From the NCBI RefSeq assembly GCF_000406145.1, contig NZ_CM001976.1, positions 4,641,577 to 4,673,576 on the forward strand: a DNA stretch of 32,000 nucleotides, in the 5' to 3' direction. The number at the start of each line of letters is the position of its first letter. Within the stretch, counting starts at the first letter, position 1. This document shows positions 1 to 7,013 of the stretch, piece after piece. Both the position numbers and the translations under genes were made by a program. The DNA comes from Dickeya dadantii NCPPB 898 (lineage in GTDB: Bacteria > Pseudomonadota > Gammaproteobacteria > Enterobacterales > Enterobacteriaceae). The notes under the pieces are model-generated. The model saw only the letters and a program-made list of their open reading frames with translations. It was not told where the DNA came from and made no database searches.

Positions 1-1348
1 TCAGGCCCAGCGAATGGGCAGCCTTGACGGCGTTGCCCTCAAACTTCGCCATACGCTGGCACAGCAGGCGTTCTTCAATATCGGCCAGCGTCGCATCACA
101 AGCCAGTTCCGGCTCGGCTTTCGCCACTTTTTGCGGCGCGGTAGGCAGCGACGGAAAAATATCGTCACTGTTCAGCCGGGATGACCCGCACAGCAACACC
201 GCCCGCTCCAGCAAATGACTCAGTTCGCGGATATTACCCGGCCAGTGGTAACCCGACAGCGCCGCCTGCCCGGACAGGCTGAGCCCCGGCGCCGGCTTGT
301 TGTATTTTCTGGCGTAGCGGTCAATAAAGTTCAACGCCAGCGGCATGATGTCCTGCTGCCGTTCCACCAGTGACGGCACACGTAACTCAATAGTATTGAG
401 GCGGTAATAGAGATCCTGACGAAACGTCCCTTCCGACACCCTGATGTCCAGTTCGGCGTTGGTGGCGGCAATAATACGGCAATTGGTTTTGAGCGTACGG
501 GACGAGCCAACCCGCTCAAAGCAGCGTTCTTCCAGAATACGCAGCAGTTTGCTTTGCTGGGTCAGCGGCAGGTTGCCGATCTCATCCAGAAACAGCGTCC
601 CTTTATCCGCCAGTTCGAAACGCCCGACGCGGCTTTCCCGGGCGTCGGTGAACGCGCCTTTTACATGGCCGAACATCTCGCTTTCAAACAGGTTTTCGTT
701 GATGCAGCCCATGTTTACCGACACCATATTCTCGTCACGGCGCGGAGAAAGCTGATGGATGGCCCGGGCCAGCAGGCTTTTACCGGTGCCATTCTCACCC
801 AGAATCAGGATGTTGGTTTCGGTTGCGGCCACCTGCTCCACTACCCGCATCAATTGTTTCATCGGCGCGGATTCCACCACCCACTCGCCATTGAAATTGT
901 CTTCCAGTTCCAGCTTCAGCAGTTTGTTTTCTTCTTTCAACCGTTTGCCGGAGCGCTGGCTGAGGCTGAAGGAGATCTGCTGGCGAATCACATTCAGCAA
1001 CCGCTCGTTGTCCCAGGGTTTCTGAATAAAATCCACCGCGCCCGCCTGCATGGCGCTCACCGCGATATCGACGCTACCCCAGCCGGTCATCGCCACCACC
1101 GGCAGGTACTCGTCGTAACGCTTTATTTCTTCCAGCAACACCAGCCCTTCCTGTCCGGACGTGGTATCCCGTTGATAGTTCATATCCATCAGGATCAAAT
1201 CGAAATCATGCTGGGACAACTGACCGGGCACCTGCTCAACGGCGGAAGCGAGCGTAACCTGATAGCCTTCCATGGACAGTAGCATCTGCAGGCTGGCCAG
1301 AATATGCGCGTCATCATCAACAATCAGGATATGTTGCTTATCCGCCAT
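1..1348 (-). CDS. vfmH: sigma54-dependent NtrC-family response regulator; the 3' end runs off the window, with roughly the last 15 aa missing
   Basis: My own minus-strand translation starts at the ATG at 1348-1346, with SD AAGGA 6 nt upstream: MADKQHILIVDDD... It shows a receiver domain (DLILMDMNY, FIQKPW) and an AAA+ core (Walker A GENGTGKS, GAFTDA loop, Walker B LFLDEIG). A Fis-type HTH lies at the window edge (...FEGNAVKAAHSLGL). The gene is absent from the ORF track because no stop codon falls inside the window. The + ORF 554..1282 is its antisense shadow. The symbol comes from the remembered vfmFGHIJ order. Confidence 0.85.
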   Translation of the reverse strand, partial: MADKQHILIVDDDAHILASLQMLLSMEGYQVTLASAVEQVPGQLSQHDFDLILMDMNYQRDTTSGQEGLVLLEEIKRYDEYLPVVAMTGWGSVDIAVSAMQAGAVDFIQKPWDNERLLNVIRQQISFSLSQRSGKRLKEENKLLKLELEDNFNGEWVVESAPMKQLMRVVEQVAATETNILILGENGTGKSLLARAIHQLSPRRDENMVSVNMGCINENLFESEMFGHVKGAFTDARESRVGRFELADKGTLFLDEIGNLPLTQQSKLLRILEERCFERVGSSRTLKTNCRIIAATNAELDIRVSEGTFRQDLYYRLNTIELRVPSLVERQQDIMPLALNFIDRYARKYNKPAPGLSLSGQAALSGYHWPGNIRELSHLLERAVLLCGSSRLNSDDIFPSLPTAPQKVAKAEPELACDATLADIEERLLCQRMAKFEGNAVKAAHSLGL

Positions 1349-1528
1349 AGGGGTCCTTATCACGCGGGTTGATACTGAAATTTCACACTGACAGGCACCG
1401 CCGCAGGAGCGCTCCCGCTGCGATCGCCTCTTACAGCATAATCGATCCGTGGTAACTATTAACGGCTCTGTTGCGGGAAACTGGAGCGCCGGCACTGACG
1501 CCACTGGCGGCATACCGTCCGCTCCCGT

Positions 1529-3964
1529 TTATTCATAACGTATCGCATCACCCGGTTTCATCATGATGACGCGTCGGGACGGGATCCAGGTGGCGAGCGC
1601 GACGATGATAACGATAAACAAAGCTACGAAAGCAAACAACAGAGTAAAATGAATCCTTCCATCACCCAAAATACGGTTTATTCTCGGCGCGGCCAACAAG
1701 GCTAAAGGTAACCCCAGAATTAAACCGGCAATAAGCTGATTCACCCCTTGCAACATCAACATACGCAGTAAATGATTGGGGGTCGCTCCCAATACCTGCC
1801 TGATACCTATCTCCTGAATCCGCTGGCTGATTGCGTTTTGAGTCACGGCATAAATACCGCTTGATGAAAGCACAATGGTAATAACCCCAAACAGCATAAA
1901 CAAATTAGCTAAAACGCTGACACCAAAAGTATTTCTTTCGATCATATCGTTTAGTGCTTGAGGCGGGCCAACCGGCATCAAGTTATCAACATTATATAGT
2001 GCAAGCTTGAGTATCTCAGGCAATACGACAGGATGTTCAGATTTAAGCATAATAGTGACCATGGGCGCAGGTCGTTGCAATAAAGAACGATAAACGGTTG
2101 CGCGATTTTTGAAGGCGCTAAATGGTCGTCCATGTATTACATGGCTGACAACTCCAATGACAGTGTACCAGTCAGTGTTATCCTCGTTTCTAAAACGGAT
2201 TCGCTTACCTATCGCACTTTTACCATCTGGCCAATATTTTCTGGCTAATGACTCACTGATAACAGCAACCGGGAGAGATTTTTCGTTATCTTGCGCGGAG
2301 AACTCTCGGCCATATAAAACGTTAACGCCCATCCCCGTCAGACTGCCCGGCATGACTCCCACGTCATTCACCATCGGATATCCTTCATCCCCAATGACGC
2401 CATCTTCTCTATTCTCAATAAGAAGCTGGTGAGCTTCTGTAAACTCGCCAGGCGCGCTTGTTGTTAACGCCACTGAAGTCAGATTAGGGATATCATGTAA
2501 TTGTTTAGATAACGCCAGATAAAACAACCGTCTGCTTTGCGCAGTGGAATAGCTATCTTTATTCAGATTGACACGGGATATAATGTAACCATCTGTCGCT
2601 ACTCCATAATCGACATTTTTAGCTTTGGTAACTAAAATCAAAAACAGAATACTAATACATAAAATTGAAAAGGAGAGCGCCATTTCAACAATCACCAACG
2701 AGCGCCCAGCCTTGCTGGTACGATAACGTGGAATCCCCCTAGTACCATCTCTTAATGCCTGAAAAAATTGACCATTGGCAATTTTCCAGGCTGGTAATGC
2801 GCCAGTGATAAAGGCGGTAACAATTACCAAAACGCCCGCATTAATAATCATGCTGCTATCTAGGGAGAGATGCCACCAGGATGGCACACGGGTAGGCACA
2901 AACCGGGGAAATATCTTGTTTGTCAAGTCTAACCCCCAGGCAGCGAGTAAAACACCGACAATACCGGCCAGAATGCAGATGATCAGACTTTCCCACAGCA
3001 TCTGCATCACTAATCGCATCATGGGGGAACCCAAAGCAGCTCTGATCGCAATCTCTCTTGCTCGCTGATGAGACCGTGCCAACAGTAAATTACCCACATT
3101 ACAGCAGGCCAATAAGAGAACAAACGCTACCGCAGATAAAGTGATAAGAAATACCTGAGCAGTATCATCCCCCATAAAACTTACCTGAAAAGAAAGTGCG
3201 ACGGCTGATACCCCTTTATTACTCTCTGGATATTTATCAGCCAGCTTATCCATGACTGAAACAATTTCCTGATTCGCTTCATCCAGAGAAAAGTGGGGAT
3301 TCAAATGGGCATACACATAAACATCTGGAGCCTGGCTTCTTAAAGAAAAAGCGAGTGGTTTTATCCTGGAAGGTAACCAAATATCATGAAAAAATGGGAA
3401 AGCGAAACCTTTAGGCATAACACCAACGATATAGGTACGAATACCATTTATCTGGACAGACTGCTTAAGAATATCCTCTCTGCCGTTAAAATAACTTTTC
3501 CACAAATCATAGCTGATTACCGTAACAGGTAATGCATCGGGCTGCATATCCTTATCGTTGAGAACTCGCCCCATCAATGGTGAAGTACCCGTATAACTAA
3601 ATATATGAGGTGTACTCAGGATCCCGATATACTTAACGGACCGGTTACCGTCGTTGAGATCTAAAAATTCGGCGTAGAAATACCCAATATCATCAAGTTT
3701 CGTCGACTGCCTTGACAGCTCGGTATAGTCCAGAAAATTCAAACCAGAATCATCCAAACTGACACCACCCACATTCGGCGTCACCATCACCATGCCTTCC
3801 CCTTTCGGGTACGGCAGGGTTTTGTACATGATGGTGTTGATGACGGAATACATATACAGCGCCAGCCCTAGTCCGCAGGCCATCACGGTAATGGTCAGCA
3901 CGCTGAATCCGGGGCTTTTGAGCAGCAGGCGCAGTGCGTAACGGATATCGAACCATAAATTCAT
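1529..3964 (-). CDS. vfmG: ABC transporter permease, duplicated FtsX/MacB type (811 aa)
   Basis: The track ORF is 1529..4111, but its first 49 codons overlap vfmF. The internal ATG at 3964 lies 4 nt after the vfmF stop (TAAcacgATG). It gives MNLWFDIRYALRLLLKSPGFSVLTI..., a typical MacB/FtsX permease N-terminus. There are two FtsX-like 4-TM blocks (about aa 270-400 and the C-terminal ~130 aa), each preceded by a large extracytoplasmic domain. Confidence 0.85.
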   Translation of the reverse strand: MNLWFDIRYALRLLLKSPGFSVLTITVMACGLGLALYMYSVINTIMYKTLPYPKGEGMVMVTPNVGGVSLDDSGLNFLDYTELSRQSTKLDDIGYFYAEFLDLNDGNRSVKYIGILSTPHIFSYTGTSPLMGRVLNDKDMQPDALPVTVISYDLWKSYFNGREDILKQSVQINGIRTYIVGVMPKGFAFPFFHDIWLPSRIKPLAFSLRSQAPDVYVYAHLNPHFSLDEANQEIVSVMDKLADKYPESNKGVSAVALSFQVSFMGDDTAQVFLITLSAVAFVLLLACCNVGNLLLARSHQRAREIAIRAALGSPMMRLVMQMLWESLIICILAGIVGVLLAAWGLDLTNKIFPRFVPTRVPSWWHLSLDSSMIINAGVLVIVTAFITGALPAWKIANGQFFQALRDGTRGIPRYRTSKAGRSLVIVEMALSFSILCISILFLILVTKAKNVDYGVATDGYIISRVNLNKDSYSTAQSRRLFYLALSKQLHDIPNLTSVALTTSAPGEFTEAHQLLIENREDGVIGDEGYPMVNDVGVMPGSLTGMGVNVLYGREFSAQDNEKSLPVAVISESLARKYWPDGKSAIGKRIRFRNEDNTDWYTVIGVVSHVIHGRPFSAFKNRATVYRSLLQRPAPMVTIMLKSEHPVVLPEILKLALYNVDNLMPVGPPQALNDMIERNTFGVSVLANLFMLFGVITIVLSSSGIYAVTQNAISQRIQEIGIRQVLGATPNHLLRMLMLQGVNQLIAGLILGLPLALLAAPRINRILGDGRIHFTLLFAFVALFIVIIVALATWIPSRRVIMMKPGDAIRYE

Positions 3965-3968
3965 CGTG

Positions 3969-4676
3969 TTATACCGCCTGACGTAATTGTCCGTTTTCGC
4001 CATCAGCCACCACCTGCCCGTCAGAAAGCACAATGGTGCGCTGAGCGCGCATGGCGGAACGCGGATCATGGGTAACGATGCAGATGGTCGCGCCGTCCTG
4101 ATGCAGTTCATCCAGAATATTCATCACCGCTTCGGCGTTGGCGGAATCCAGATTTCCGGTCGGTTCGTCCGCCAGCAGCAACGACGGCTTGCCGACAATC
4201 GCCCGCGCCACCGCCACCCGCTGTTGTTGACCGCCGGAAAGCTGTGACGGGTAGTGGCGCACCCGATGCGACATGTTGACTTTTTCCAGCGCCTGAATGA
4301 CCCGCGCTTTCTGCTCCGAGCGCGACAGGTCATTGCGGTAAGTGAGCGGCAACGCCACGTTTTCCGCGATAGTCAGGTCGCTTATCAGATTAAATGACTG
4401 AAAGATAAAGCCAATTTCCCGGTTGCGCAGGCGGGCCATCTCCCGGCGGCCGATACGTTCTACATCCGCGCCGTTCAGCCGGTAGCGCCCTTCCGTTGGC
4501 GTGTCCAGTAGGCCCATGATGGACAGCAGCGTCGATTTCCCACAACCGGACGGTCCCGCGATAGAGACGTATTCTCCCGAGTGAATAGAAAGGTTTATCT
4601 TGCTAAGGGCATGCGTTTCAATTTCATCGGTAAGAAAGATTTTATGCACATTATCAAGTTGAACCAGCACCGTCAT
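3969..4676 (-). CDS. vfmF: ABC transporter ATP-binding protein (MacB/LolD-like)
   Basis: The 235-aa ORF has Walker A GPSGCGKST, signature LSGGQQQRVAVARA, Walker B LLLADEPTGNLD and H-loop VTHD. SD GAGGA lies upstream of the ATG (ctGAGGAtttcccATG on the minus strand). Confidence 0.9.
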   Translation of the reverse strand: MTVLVQLDNVHKIFLTDEIETHALSKINLSIHSGEYVSIAGPSGCGKSTLLSIMGLLDTPTEGRYRLNGADVERIGRREMARLRNREIGFIFQSFNLISDLTIAENVALPLTYRNDLSRSEQKARVIQALEKVNMSHRVRHYPSQLSGGQQQRVAVARAIVGKPSLLLADEPTGNLDSANAEAVMNILDELHQDGATICIVTHDPRSAMRAQRTIVLSDGQVVADGENGQLRQAV

Positions 4677-5074
4677 GGGAAATCCTCAGTGTATAAATAG
4701 AGTCAGCCTTCCTGAGGCCGAGGGTATCTTACAGGCTGCAGACCACGCACTTTTATCTCTGGTTTTAAAAATGTGCCCAAAATACCTCCACCCGTCCATG
4801 ACGACGCCCCTTTCCTTGCGCTGACTGGCCCTTCCGCTGACAGGCTCTCCAGGTCGTTTCCTGTTCATCTGCGTCAGACAGCACGCACACGGTCTTCACG
4901 AACATCGGTTTCGCGTCTTCTGATCACAGCACAAATCATACCAATTACGTCCTGATCGCAGCCGACGACCCGCTCGCCGGGCAGAAGCAGCCTCCGGCAG
5001 CCGATGCGCACGTCAGCACGGTGCGCCGGCTCGTGGCAGGGTAGCGTATCCGGCTCGTCATTTGCGAGACGAAA

Positions 5075-5112
5075 AATCCCATGTTTGGCACGACACGATC
5101 CCATTAATGGGA
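5075..5112 (+). promoter_or_regulatory. Candidate vfm box / enhancer: AATCCCATGTTT, then ATCCCATT 22 bp downstream, inside the perfect palindrome TCCCATTAATGGGA
   Basis: Read directly: 5075-5086 AATCCCATGTTT, 5098-5105 ATCCCATT, 5099-5112 TCCCATTAATGGGA (a 14-bp perfect palindrome). It lies about 60-90 bp upstream of the sigma54 -24 element. The same 12-mer and spacing recur upstream of vfmA. Confidence 0.4.
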
Positions 5113-5164
5113 CGAGTTACAGGTAGGTGTAAGTATTTCCCTTTAAAAACAACCCCTCACAACA

Positions 5165-5180
5165 TGGCACACAATTTGCG
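5165..5180 (+). promoter_or_regulatory. sigma54 (RpoN) -24/-12 promoter for vfmE
   Basis: TGGCAC(5165-5170)-acaat-TTGCG(5176-5180) matches TGGCAC-N5-TTGC exactly with canonical GG..GC spacing. It sits about 120 nt upstream of the vfmE ATG. A sigma54 activator (vfmH) is encoded in the divergent operon. Confidence 0.7.
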
Positions 5181-5298
5181 TTAGACAGATCGCACATCGG
5201 ACCAAAGGACAATAATTAACCTCAGACTTCGCCGCTGTAAGGATTTTTGGATTTAGCTGGACCAGACACGGGGAATCTATTTTTTTTGGGATGACACC

Positions 5299-5862
5299 AT
5301 GAGCTTGCAGAACACCTACGCCCATACGTTGGATAATGATATTTTCAACAACAATCTGATTCAGGATATGTACCGCCGTCACCCTAATCTGCGCAAAACG
5401 CTTGCAGCAAATAATAAAGCGACCAGCCTGGCGGGAATTATTGACTATATCATCGACAACATCGGTAACAATATTACGCTGGAAGATCTTGAAGACGTCA
5501 GCGGTAAATCAAAGTTTGATATTTGCCGTCTTTTCAATCAGGTCTATAACATTACGCCGATGCGCTGGATTTGGCGCGTACGCCTGACGCTGGCAAAAGA
5601 GATCATTCAGATTTCGCCCAACTGGTCGCTCACCGATATTTGCTACGCCTGTGGCTTTTCCTCGCTACCGCATTTTTCCCGTTGTTTTACCAAGACCTAC
5701 AACATTCCGCCGCTGAAGTACCGCAAAGCAGTCTCGCAGGAACGGGAAAACGAACCGCCCCGCACCATGCAAAACATGAGCTTCGATATTATTTTCGGCA
5801 AACAGCGTCATCTGTTCTCACGTCACGTGCTGCTGGATAATATCCAGAACCTCTGTAATTAA
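5299..5862 (+). CDS. vfmE: small AraC/XylS-family transcriptional regulator (187 aa, no ligand domain)
   Basis: The ORF carries an AraC dual HTH: ...ITLEDLEDVSGKSKFDICRLFNQVYNITPMRWIWRVRLTLAKEII...SLTDICYACGFSSLPHFSRCFTKTYNIPPLKYRK. Only about 55 aa precede it. GC is low (about 40%). The symbol comes from remembered vfm locus order. Confidence 0.85.
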   Translation: MSLQNTYAHTLDNDIFNNNLIQDMYRRHPNLRKTLAANNKATSLAGIIDYIIDNIGNNITLEDLEDVSGKSKFDICRLFNQVYNITPMRWIWRVRLTLAKEIIQISPNWSLTDICYACGFSSLPHFSRCFTKTYNIPPLKYRKAVSQERENEPPRTMQNMSFDIIFGKQRHLFSRHVLLDNIQNLCN

Positions 5863-5869
5863 ATACCGT

Positions 5870-5894
5870 CGCCCGCCGTCGCCGATGGCGGGCG
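5870..5894. terminator. GC-rich hairpin between the convergent vfmE and vfmD genes
   Basis: CGCCCGCC (5870-5877) pairs with GGCGGGCG (5887-5894) around a 9-nt loop. There is no clear U-tract on either side. Confidence 0.35.
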
Positions 5895-5924
5895 CACCAG
5901 ATGCGTCAACGCCCGGCGGTAATA

Positions 5925-7013
5925 TCATGTCCGCTTTGATGCCGTCGGCATCGGACCGTACCGCGACGGATCCGCGTCATCAGGCATTGTCGAATACTGA
6001 ATAAGTGGCGGTATCGGCCTTTCAGTTCCCACTTCAGCATCAGATAAAAACGACAGAATGCGCTGGTGTACCAGGGGGCTGCGTAAAATCCCCAGATGGC
6101 CCAGCCCGCGGGTATAGAACACATCGCTACGGGCAAACGCCCGGTGGATTTCATCCGCCACCGCCGGATGGACACGAACATCCTGCCAGTCATGGCAAAT
6201 CAGCGCCGGACAATCGAGCATGCGATAGAGCGTTTCGCCGACCTGATCGGGATGAAAGCCAAAGCGCTGTGCATAAATCGCTTTCATGGGCGCCGCCAGC
6301 GACGCCGACACCGACGCGCCGGCCAGAAATCGGTCGATCATTTTGCCGAAGTTATCGGGGCTGGCCAGCAGCACCAGCCGCTCCGCCGCCAGTCCCTGCG
6401 CCAGCGCCAGGCTACACACCAGACCGCCGCTGGAATGCCCGACCACCGCATAGAACGGGCCGTAGCGCTGCCCCAGCCGGATAAGCAGACTGGCCAACTC
6501 ATAGTTGGACACCCGCTTTCCGTCAGACAGCCCGTGTGCCAGCAGATCCGGCATCACCACGCCGTACCCCTGCGCTTTTAGCGCCTCGCACAGCGGCCGG
6601 AACATAATGCCGCGGCCCTCCCAGCCATGCACCAGCAACACGTTTTTTGCCGGCGCGTCCGCGGGCGGCGGCACCCAGCGAAACACATACACGTTCTGGT
6701 GCTGAAAACAGACCGTCTCCTGTCGAAAATCGGCCAGATAGTCGTGGTCCATCTGCTTGTAAGAGATATAACGTGTGGTTTCAAACAGATGTAGCAGATA
6801 GCGCGCCGCCAGATGCAGGGAACAACGCTCCAGCAACCACAAATCCGCCAGACGCAGCGCGCGGCACAGCCGGATGTAATGCGTTTCCGGCTTGATCCGC
6901 ACTTTAAGCAGCAGCGACGGGCGGCGCTTGAGCTTCACCAGCGCGCGGTAGTAGTTGTACTGGACGAGGGTCGCCAGCCACATCAAGGGGTAGCATAGGC
7001 TATACAGCAGCAT
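5925..7013 (-). CDS. vfmD: alpha/beta-hydrolase fold protein (362 aa) with a ~110-aa N-terminal extension
   Basis: It has the oxyanion motif LLVHGWEGRG, the nucleophile elbow VVGHSSGG (GxSxG) and a late GLGHLG histidine. The hydrophobic N-terminus is MLLYSLCYPLMWLATLV. Its start overlaps the vfmC stop by 14 nt. Confidence 0.8.
   Translation of the reverse strand: MLLYSLCYPLMWLATLVQYNYYRALVKLKRRPSLLLKVRIKPETHYIRLCRALRLADLWLLERCSLHLAARYLLHLFETTRYISYKQMDHDYLADFRQETVCFQHQNVYVFRWVPPPADAPAKNVLLVHGWEGRGIMFRPLCEALKAQGYGVVMPDLLAHGLSDGKRVSNYELASLLIRLGQRYGPFYAVVGHSSGGLVCSLALAQGLAAERLVLLASPDNFGKMIDRFLAGASVSASLAAPMKAIYAQRFGFHPDQVGETLYRMLDCPALICHDWQDVRVHPAVADEIHRAFARSDVFYTRGLGHLGILRSPLVHQRILSFLSDAEVGTERPIPPLIQYSTMPDDADPSRYGPMPTASKRT

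Noticed and set aside
3965-4111. The 49-codon N-terminal extension of the permease ORF (track start 4111), overlapping vfmF.
   Set aside because: It overlaps the 3' end of vfmF by 143 nt and encodes a non-membrane, Arg/Cys-rich peptide. The ATG at 3964 gives a canonical FtsX-permease N-terminus, 4 nt after the vfmF stop.
5086-5100. A second TGGCAC hexamer (5086-5091), considered as an additional sigma54 promoter.
   Set aside because: The -12 position reads GATC rather than TTGC. The hexamer overlaps the AATCCCATGTTT box, so it is probably part of that site or a coincidence.
4686-5104. Small ORFs (60-76 aa) in the vfmF-vfmE intergenic region, considered as possible signal precursor peptides.
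   Set aside because: They have no SD. They overlap each other on both strands, and their Arg/Pro-rich products look like frame noise in GC-rich DNA. Nothing links them to the pathway.
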